Positions 54,604-64,000 of a stretch of DNA of 64,000 nucleotides are shown here, piece by piece. The notes under the pieces were generated by a model. The model worked only from the letters and a program-made list of their open reading frames with translations, was not told the DNA's origin and did no database searches. A program made the position numbers and the translations under genes. The stretch lies in NCBI RefSeq assembly GCF_009914755.1, contig NC_060947.1. One strand, 5' to 3'. Each line of letters opens with the position of its first letter. The first letter of the stretch is position 1. Source of the stretch: the human T2T-CHM13v2.0 reference genome, Homo sapiens.

Positions 54604-55041
54604 TGTACTAGAGTTTTTCAGAGGAACAGAATAAATAGGATATTTGTATATATAGGAAAAAAAAAGATTTATTTTGAAGAATTGACTCATGCAATTATGG
54701 AAGCGGGAAAGTCCAAAATCTTCAGAGTGGGCCAGCAGACTGGAGATCTAGGGAAGAGCCAATGTTATAGTTCAAGCCCAAAGGCACTCAGGCTGAAGAC
54801 CAAGGAGAGTCAATAGTGAAGTGCAAGTCCAAAAGCCCTTTGCTGGCAGAACTAGATCTTTCTTGTATGAGGTCAGTCTTTTATTCTATTCAGCCCTTCA
54901 ACTGATGAGATAAACCCAGCCACATTATTAAAGGCAATCTACTCAAAGTCCAATGACTTAAATGTTAATATCATCCTTAAACATCCTCACAGAAACATCC
55001 AGATTAATCTTTGACATAATATTTGGGCACTATGGCCCAGC
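54604..55041 (-). mobile_element. MLT2C/D-like ERV-L LTR, interrupted near its end by the ERV1
   Basis: 'gaattgactcatgcaattatggaag...aatgttaatatcatcc...cctcacagaaacatccaga...gggcactatggcccagc'. Confidence 0.8.
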
Positions 55042-55470
55042 TGGAAGAAAAGAAAAAGCAGTCTGAGCAATGTGAGGTATTAAAAATTTATCAAGCCCAG
55101 GGAGACATGAGTATGGGACTTCAGTCACTCCCTAATCCCCCTACACAACCAAGCCCAGGGGCAATTGTTTGAAAGCATTTTGTTTCTGAGTAGCTGCCTA
55201 ATCCATTATCTTCATGTTTCTGGAATTTGTGCAAAAAAGAACAATGTACTGCTAACCAATAGCTTATGTCACTTTAATGTGAATTATTGCTAAAGAACTT
55301 AGAAACTGCCTCTTCTTTTTTTCTTAAAAAAACACTTGTAACTGATGCTAATTGGAGTGTATATTTAGGGAATCTTGAATCTATGCTCCCAGGTGGCCAT
55401 GCTCAAGCTTTGGGCTCACATAAACTCTGTACTTAATCATATTTTTGAATTTCATTATTTAGGATTGACA
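55042..55470 (+). mobile_element. ERV1 (MER4-group) 5' LTR, subfamily not assigned
   Basis: TG...CA bounded, ends 'cattatttaggattgaca', followed by PBS-like 'tttggtgatgcctatgggacc'. Confidence 0.65.
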
Positions 55471-56074
55471 TTTTGGTGATGCCTATGGGACCCAAAGTGG
55501 GGTTCCAGCAATCCCTATCACTTCACTGAAAATTGAAGCCTTGGTACCGTCATGAATGACTTTCATTGACCTGACCTCGCCAATGTCAACAGGGATCACT
55601 GGGCAGGCCCCTCTCAGGATCTGCATCTTTCTAGCTTGGCTGAGAATTCAGACTTTATTTGAGCCATACACATTCCTAACTTGACAAGTTTGGAATTGAA
55701 GTCTACTTTAAGGCATAAATTTTATTTGTTATTCTCTGGAGATTGCGGAGTTGTGATTTTCACTTTTCTCTGATGTTAAGGTTTTGTGTTGAATTACTCA
55801 TTAGAGTTTTTATAACCTTTTCTCTCATTCAAATCTTGGTCAGGGAGAAAAATAGATTCTCTCCCTTAAAAGAGGAAGTGGATATTTGTGGCTTAAGCAA
55901 AATTTATAATCTTTAAAACTGGCCAGATTCTGAAACTTGAATCAAATGATGAATCTAAACTTTCTTTTGACTGACCACAATTCCTCACGCTAGGTCTTTT
56001 TGGCCATTCAAAGGAATAATCTAAATTATGGTGAGTCATACTTCTATAACTGGGACTTCTTTAAGAAGAGATCC

Positions 56075-59000
56075 AGGGACAGAGCAAGATGGCAGAATAG
56101 AAGCCTACACTCTTCATTTCCACCCCCATCACAGGAATACCAAATTTTAACAACTATCTGCACAAAGAAAAGCACTGTCACAAGAACCAAAATCAGGTGA
56201 GCCATCACAGTGCCTGGTTTTAACTTCATATTACTGAAAGAGGCATTGAAGAGAATAGTAGAGACAATCTTGAGTCAGTGATGCAAGCACTTCCCTATTC
56301 CCCAGCAGCAGCCTTGCAGCACAAAGAGAGCATCTGTGTACCTGGGGAAGTGAGAGTGCAATGACTGGAGGACTTTACTTTGAACTCAGGGCTGCCCTGT
56401 AACAGCAAATAGAAAACCTGTGCTGGGCTCAGCCAGTGCCTCCACAGGTAGGGAGTATTTGGACCAGCCCTAGCCAGAGGGGAATTTTCTATTGCAGTGG
56501 TCAGAACCTGAGTTTCTTGGTGAGTCTTGCCACTGCTGGACAAAGTGCTCTGGTGTCCTAGGTAAACTTGAAAGGCAGTCTAGGACACAAGGACGGCAAT
56601 TCACAGGTAACTTGTAGTGCTGAGATGGGCTCGGAGCCAGCGGACTAGGGTGGTATGTGACCTACAGAGACATGAGACAGGGTGGCTAAGGGAGGGCTTG
56701 CACCACTCCTCCCACAACCCCAGGCTGCACAACTCACAGCAATGAAAGTAAATGCTTCCTTCTTAATGAGAAGAGAGTGAAACGTAAAGAGGACTTCGTC
56801 TTATATCTTGGAAACCAATGCGGCCACAGTAGAATAGGGCACCAGGCAGAGTTGTGAGGTCCACATTCCAGGCCCTAGCTCAGAGACATATCTAGACACA
56901 CCTTCTGCCAAAAGGAAACCCTTGTTTTGAAGGGAAGGACCCAGTCCTGGCAGGATTTATCACCTGCTGACTAAAAAGCTCTTGGCCCCTGAATAACCAA
57001 CAGCGATACCCAGGTAGTACACTATGGACCTTGGACTCTGAGACATACTGGCTTCAGAGAAAAACCAACACATTTCCAGCTGTGGTAGCTGTGGTGAAGG
57101 ACTCCATCTGTTTGAGAAAAGTGGAGGGAAAACTAAAGGGGACTTTGTCTTGCACCTTAGGTATCAGCTTGGCCACAGTGAGGTAGAGCAACAAGAAGGC
57201 TCTTGGGGGGTCCCTGGTTCCAGGAAGTGGCTCTTGAACAGCATTTGGACCTCTTCCCTGGGCCAAAAGGAAGCCCACTGCCCTGAATAGTGTGTCCCAC
57301 ACCTGGTAGCCTTCATCACAAACTGACAGAAGAAAACTTGGGCTTTAAGTGAACATTGGCAATATCCTAGCAGAACCTTCTATGGGCCAGTGGTGGTGGT
57401 GGGCACAGGGAGAGTCTCCTCTGCCTGGGAAAAGGGGAGGGAAGAGCAAGAAGCACATTGTATTGTGGTTTGAGTGCCAGCCTAGCTAAAGTAGAATATA
57501 GCATCAGGCAAATTACTGAATTTAGCTCTAATCCTTTTCTCACAGACAGCGTCTCTGGACACACTTGGGGCTTGGGGGAACTTATCACTCTGAAGAGAAG
57601 GACACGAATATGGTGGCTTCATCACCTGCTGATTATAGTGCCAGGAGGCCTTGAATGAACATAGGTGGTCCAGAGGAATTAGACAAGAGAAAAAATAAAG
57701 GACATCTAAATCAGTAAAGAGGAAGTCAAACTGTCAGTGTTTGCTGATAATATGACTGCATACCTAGAAAACCCTGAAGACTCTTCCAAAAAGCTCCTAG
57801 AACTGATAAGTGAATTTGGCAAAATTTCAGGATACAGAGTTAATGTACACAAATCAGTAGCTCTGCTATACATCAACAGTGATCAACCTGATAATCAAAT
57901 CAAGAACTCAACCCCTTTTACAATAGCTGCAAAAAAAATAAAAGGTAAAATACTTAGAAATATACCTAACCAAAGAGGTGAAAGACCTGCAGAAGGAAAA
58001 CTACAAAACGCTGCTGATAGAAATCATAGACAACACAAACAAATGGAAACACATCCCATGCTCATGGATGGGTAGAATCAATATTGTGATAATAACCGTA
58101 CTGCCAAAAGCAATCTACAAATTACATGCACTTTTCATCAAAATATCAACATCATCCATCACAGAACTAGACAAAACAATTCTAAAATTTATATGGAACA
58201 AAAAAAAGAGCCCGCATAGCCAAAGCAAGACTAAGCAAAAAGAACAAATCTGGAGGCATCGCATTACTTGACTTCAAACTATACTACCATGCTATAGTCA
58301 CTAAAACTAGTATAAAATACTGGTATAAAAATATGCCCATGGATGAATATTTTTCCCAGAAATAAAGCCAACTGATCTTTGACAAAACTTACAGCCAACT
58401 GATCTTTGACAAAACAAACAAAAAAATAAAGTGGGGAAAGAACACCCTATTCAACAAATGGTGCTGGGATAATTAGCAAGCCACATGTAGAAAAATGGAA
58501 ACTGGATCCTCATCTCTCATATTATACAAAAGTCAACTCAAGATGGATCAAAGACTTAAATCTAAGACCTGAAACCATGAGAAAATCAAAAAATGAAAAT
58601 AAAAAATAATAGATGTTGGCATGGATGTGGTGGAAAGGGAAGACTTTTACTCTGCTGGTGGGAATGTAAACTAGTAGAACCACTATGGAAAACAGTGCGG
58701 AGATTTCTTAAAGAAGTAAATGTAGAACTACCATTTGATCCAGCAATTCCACAACTGGGTATTTATCCAGAGGAAAATAAGTCATTATACAAAAAGAAAT
58801 GTGAACATGCACGTTTAGAGCAACACAATGCACAATTGCAAAAATATGGAACCAGCCCAAATACCCATCAATCAATGAGTGGATAAAGAAATTGTGGTAT
58901 ATATATACCATGGAACACTACTCAGCCCTAAAAAGGAATTAAATAATGGCATTTGCAGTGACCTGAACGATATTTGAGATCATTATTCTAAGTGAAGTAA

Positions 59001-59272
59001 CTCAGGAATGGAAAACCAGATAGTGTATGTTATCACGTGGGAGCTAAGCTATGAGAATGCAAAGGCATATGAATAATACAATGGACTTCGAGGACTTGTG
59101 GAAATGGTGGGAGGGGGCTGAGGGATAAAAGACCATGAACTGGGTACAGTGTATACTACTCAGGCGATGGGTGCACCAAAATCTCAGAAATCACCGCTAA
59201 AGAACTTATTCATGTAACCAAACACCACCTGTTTCCCTAAAAACCTATTGAAATAAAATAAATAAATGAATA
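56075..59272 (+). mobile_element. L1PB1/L1PB2-like element with both ends present and two internal deletions
   Basis: 5' start 'gagcaagatggcagaatagaagcct'; jump to ORF2 RT at 57670 (VFADNMTAYLENP); second jump near 58585; 3' end 'aaatcaccgctaaagaacttattcatgtaaccaaacaccacctg'. Confidence 0.9.
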
Positions 59273-59708
59273 AGAAAGTTTATTTTGCCAAGTTTGACGA
59301 TGTGCCCATGACACAGCCTCAGGACATCCTGAAGGCATGTGCTCAAGGTGGTCAGGACACAGTTTGGTTATATACATTTTAGGGAGACATGAAACATCAA
59401 TCAATATATGTATAATGTACATTGGTTTGGTCCAGAAAGGTGGGACAACTCGAAGCAGAGAGAAGACTTCCAGGTCATAGGTAGATAAAAGGTAAAGTGT
59501 TACATTTTTTTTTTTAAGTTTCTAATCAGCCTTTCACTGAATGCACAATTTACAGGAATAGTCACATGTCTGGCTTAGTGAAACAATAGAGCAAAGAAAG
59601 CAGTCAGATGTGCATTTGTCTCCTGTGAGCAGAGAGATGACTTTGAGTTCTGCCTTTCCTTTGTCCACAGAGAATTTCCTTGTGGGCAAATTGTGAAAAA
59701 GGTAAGTA

Positions 59709-59741
<33 letters not shown>

Positions 59742-59855
59742 TTTGTAGCTATCTTACTTAGGAATAGAATGGGAGGCAGGTTTGCTGGATACACTTCTCA
59801 GCTTCACTTTTCTCTTTGGCTTAGTGATTTTTGGGAGATGTATTTTCCTTTCACA
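59273..59855 (-). mobile_element. MER4A-like solo LTR, 3' terminus missing
   Basis: 'agaaagtttattttgccaag...gacacagcctcagg...tattttcctttcaca'. Confidence 0.85.
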
Positions 59856-60503
59856 AGTGGAATCCTTGATTTTTAAAGATCTAGATGTGTTGCCTTCCAG
59901 CTGTGCCTGCTTTTCACATATTAAATATTAGGCCCTGGCCCTGGACCATGAGAACGAGCTCTTTCCCCTATTCGTTAAAAGGCTCCACTCTGAAGTCAGT
60001 AAACTCATAAAAAAACAAGCTAAATTGAAAAGACCAACTGTCTACCCAGGTAAGTCTCCAAAATATGGCTTTTTGGCATTTAGCTGGCTGTTTTGAAACG
60101 CTTTGTAAAAGAAATGTATATCTATAAATTAAATCTCCATTTGTAAGGGCATCTCCCTTACTGTAACTAAACTGCTAGAAACATTTAAGTTGAGGAACAC
60201 ATTGCATAACAAACTTTACCTTTATTTAAGGTACTTTTCCTAGAATCTTGGCTTGACTAGGCCTTTACCTATGCCTTTCTTTGACTCAGCAAATAATATT
60301 GTATAGATCTAAGTTCTGTGCCTTTGGGATGTAAATTTTCACCTAACATTCATGTCTTCGGAGGGGTGAATTTATGGTCACCTAGCTAACAATTGTTTAC
60401 GGCTTGGTAGTCTAAAGAGAGAAGAGAAACTCTTTGAAAACTGGCCAATGAAGTACCTTATAAAGCTATCAAATCTTCTGTCTGTGTATCTGTATGTCTA
60501 CGT

Positions 60504-61085
60504 TGTCAATCAAGAATAATGACCCAGACGAGTCTCAATCATTTTAGGTTTATTTGCCAAAGTTGAAGATGCATGCCCAGGAGATAGGTCTATGCCTTTC
60601 TCCAAAGATGATTTTGAGGGTTTCTATATTTAAAGGGGAAAGTTTGGGATATTGAAAAGTACACAGTTTTCATGTGAGAGGGGGGTAGAAAAATTAGTCA
60701 TTCATGCCTTTTTCTGGTTCAGTGAATCTGCATTTTTACACAACATAAGGAAGATAATAGGGCAGAGGAAACAATCAGATATGCATTTGTCTTGGGTGGT
60801 GGTATGACATTGAGTTTTGTCCTATGTCCCTGTACCTGTAAAGATAAGCTATTGATTTACATTGCCATGGTGAACTGTAACAGAAATGCTCTGTGGTAAA
60901 GATCTTGGGGCCCACAAAGAATTTCCTTGTGAGCAATATGTGAGGGAAATATGTAGCGTTTCATCTTTGTAGCCATCTTATTTGGGAGCCAAAATGGGAG
61001 GCAGGTTTCCATGACCCACTTCCCAGCTTGGTTTTTCCCTTTGGCTTAGTGAGTTTGGGGTCCCAAGGTTTATTTTCCTTTCACA
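60504..61085 (-). mobile_element. MER4-group solo LTR (MER4C-like)
   Basis: tgtcaat...ggcttagtgagtttggggtcccaaggtttattttcctttcaca. Confidence 0.75.
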
Positions 61086-61774
61086 ATATGTTTATATGAA
61101 TCATGTGTATATTATATGTAACTACCAAATTATATGAATCTAATTAACTGGCTTGAAGAAAAAGAAACCACATAAATCAAATATTTTATTAGAAAAACAG
61201 AAACTAACTCAAATGCCATTTAGTTCACATGACTTGGGTCATCTTTCATAAGTAAGACTTGTTTAATATTGCTGGTTTGATGAAAACAGTTGTGTATTCT
61301 GATCAGCAAAATACCCATGCATTTACCTATAGAGTTCTTGCTTAAATGGTAACTACCTATTAATAACATTCACATACTATTAAAATGACTATCAAAAAAA
61401 CTTGAGATGAAGACTAGCTTAATTTAATGAGCAATTCAGGTATAATTGTTAAGAATGAATGAATTAAACAAATATAAATGGAATAAATGTTTATAAATAA
61501 AGTATCCATTGTTTAGAAATCATTCAGTAACTTAATATTAAAGTCATATTATGTTAAATTAAGTAATATGTAATCATAAAGTGTCTGAGTTGCTTATATG
61601 GTATAGAAAAGAGAAACATATTTATATTTCTTAATAAACCAAAAAAGAAACATTTTTCTAAAAATTTTGAAATGGTTTTTAACTACAAATACTCATATAA
61701 AACAGTTCCAAATTACTTATTTCCTAGATTTTTCCCAGAAAATTAGGGTTTATAATAGTTAAAATTATAGTTAA

Positions 61775-62212
61775 TGTGAACCCCAAAAATCTGAGACAGG
61801 TCTCAATTTAGAAAGTTTATGTTGCTAAGGTTGAGGACATGTGCCTGTGACACAGCCTTAGGGAGTCCTGCCTACATGTGCCCAAAGTGAGGGGCACAGC
61901 TTGGTTTTATACATTTTAGGGAGATATGAGACATTAATCATTATGTGTAAGATGTACTTTGGCACAGTCTGGAAAGGTGGGACAACTCGAAGCAAGGAGG
62001 GAGCTTCCAGGTCATAGGTCGATGGGGTGGTTGCATTCTTTTGAGTTTCTGATTAGCCTCTCCAAATGAGGCAATCAGTTATGCATTTATCTCAGTGATC
62101 AGAGGGGTGGCTTTGAATAGAATGGGAGGCAGATTTGCCCTAAGCTGTTTCCAGCATGACTTTTCCTTTAGCTTAGTGATTTGGGGGCTCCAAGATTTAT
62201 TTTCCTATCACA
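61775..62212 (-). mobile_element. MER4A1-like solo LTR
   Basis: tgtgaaccccaaaaatctgagacaggtctc...gatttgggggctccaagatttattttcctatcaca; near-TSD ttaa/ttta. Confidence 0.88.
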
Positions 62213-63042
62213 TTTATATATGTAATTAAGACTAGTAGATATATGAGATACAACTCAATATACAAGGTATATGAAGAAAGTCAAATATATTTTTGGTAAA
62301 ATAAGATGAAAGGAGATAGTGATATTTGTGTGTTTGCTTGGCAGAAGAAAGAACTTTGTGTGGTCAAAATGATAAGGGATAAAGGAAAGTACATTTTTAT
62401 TCTATGATAGAATGGCAATATTTTTAAAAAGGTATAATAGGATAAAATTGGAGGTTAAAGCCAGTTATATAAGGTTTGTGGAAGATTAAGCTCATGAAAG
62501 GAATTTTGTCTGTGATTGAATTGGCTAAAATTAGAAGAAAATTATTTATAAGGTTTTTCTAAAAATTGAGCATTAATATAAAAAACACATTAATTTAAGG
62601 CCAGAGTCTGGGCTCCTGTGTCAGAACAACAATTTTCTCAGAGCATTGATCTGTTCCTTAATAGAAAATTGTAAGAGGTTATAAAACATTTATGGAAATC
62701 TTATCTTATATGGTCAAAGTTGACTGAGATTGGATGAATTTGGTATTAAGGTTTTATTAAAATTAGCTTTAGTAGTGGTAATACAGTAATATAAAAGTAA
62801 ATTTTCTTTTTTTCCCTTTGAATAAGATTTTATGTAGTATTAATGAGAGATAAGATTTGTTTACCTCTTGAGTAAACTACAGAAAAAAAGGGAAGAGTTT
62901 ATTTCATGCTGTCATTATTAGGTCTCTTGATTGGGAACTGGGTCTCCTCTCTATCAAAGAGTAAAATTTTTGCTGTTTGAAATCTTAATCTTTGAATTAG
63001 TATATTGGCTAAATAAATGACTGTTATTTTACAGTGACCTGC

Positions 63043-63709
63043 TGTGGCATGCCAGGTCTCACTAACAGCTGAACAGGCAGGCCTCCATGACAACTCTTTC
63101 AGCACTGATTGAATGGTTAAGTTAAATATTAGAAGCTGATAGAGCCAGTGCCCTTATACAAAGGCTGGAATGTAACAAAAGCCCACCAAGAGTTTTGCCT
63201 AGGCCTTTCCTCAGCCTTGAAGCATGACAAGATAATGAAGAAATTCTTAACAGGACCCGTTTAGGATTAAACAAGTATTATTGGGGGTCTGAAGAAATTC
63301 CCCAGACTTCTGCCAACAAATTTTATTGGGGGTGTAAAGGAACTCCCCAAATCTCCATGATTTAGCAGGAGACAAGATAGGGGTAATCATCCCTGGCACC
63401 TGGACCCATCTAGATTAAGTAAATTTACTGAGATGCCAGAGGAAGGTCTTCAGGACTCAGAACTTAGTTATAGATTAGAAGTTAATTACTTATGTGTTTA
63501 GATGAATGCACACTTACACTTAGACATATGGCTCCAAAGGTATATAAGCTCTGTACAACTTTGTAATTTTGAGCTGGTCTGGTGATATTTTCCTGGCCTT
63601 CTCCCTGTACCTGGTTACAGAAACAAACTCTCTTCTTTCCCAGTTCATCTGTTTCTCGTTATTTGGCAACGAGAATAAGCAGCAGGACCCTCACTTCAGT
63701 CTGAGAACA
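63043..63709 (+). mobile_element. MER39-like solo LTR
   Basis: tgtggcatgccaggtctcactaac...gccagtgcccttatacaaaggctggaatgtaacaaaagcccacc...gagaaca; near-TSD ctgc/ctgt. Confidence 0.8.
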
Positions 63710-64000
63710 CTGTGATCCTAATTTACTATGTGTTTTAAACCTTTTTAATTTTAATATTAAGGTTTTTAAACCTTTAATATTTGAGATTCTTAAAATTACA
63801 TTTTAAATTCTGAAGTTATCTTTCTGACCCAAACTGATGAAGATAATTAATAAAAACTCTGGAAATCCAAGAGAGACATATTAAACTTCTTTCATACAGA
63901 AAGAAATGTCAAATAAGAAATTATGTTTAAGTTTCTTAGAGTTATATTTGTATAAATGTGTTATTAATGTGTGTTTCAAAATTGAAAAAGATGCCTAAAA

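Larger units (their letters stand above)
55471..64000 (+). mobile_element. Non-coding MER4-group ERV1 internal sequence with several nested insertions; runs off the window
   Basis: AT-rich internal sequence resumes across each insertion (e.g. gtgacctg|...|ctgtgatcc, atagttaa|...|tttatatatgtaatt); no ORFs. Confidence 0.62.

Noticed and set aside
63277-63358. Direct repeat ttattggggg...cccca
   Set aside because: Appears to be internal to the MER39 LTR consensus rather than a local event.

Overview
AT-rich, LINE-dense primate genomic DNA (AluY, L1PA4, THE1, MER11 and MLT2A2 point to a simian, probably human or ape, genome). Nearly all of the window is decayed transposable elements, many nested. 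I found no host protein-coding exon, tRNA, rRNA or intact retroelement ORF; the ORF-track hits are L1, ERV, MaLR or Alu remnants or chance ORFs. Main elements: near-full-length L1PB (~1.4-9.1 kb); a THE1 LTR fused to a 3'-truncated HERV-L provirus with its MLT2A2 LTR (10.4-16.3 kb); AluY; a complete THE1D/MSTA MaLR inside an L1; a 5'-inverted old L1PA containing an L1PA4; MER1B; AluSp; an expanded MADE1; full-length L1PA15-like element (37.8-44.3 kb); THE1-int with a MER11 solo LTR; and an ERV1 internal region carrying an L1PB and four solo LTRs. I cannot support a novel gene system. The most unusual signals are DNA-repair and rearrangement scars: a 142-bp inverted local copy with a fold-back junction, a 102-bp direct local copy, a 125-bp GC-rich foreign insert ending in a hairpin, and a chimeric Alu at an L1 deletion. 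Also notable are a 51-bp-arm MADE1 (miR-548-type) hairpin and two DUX4-consensus motifs in the HERV-L LTR. Subfamily names come from recalled consensus diagnostics, not a RepeatMasker run; boundaries of old elements are approximate.
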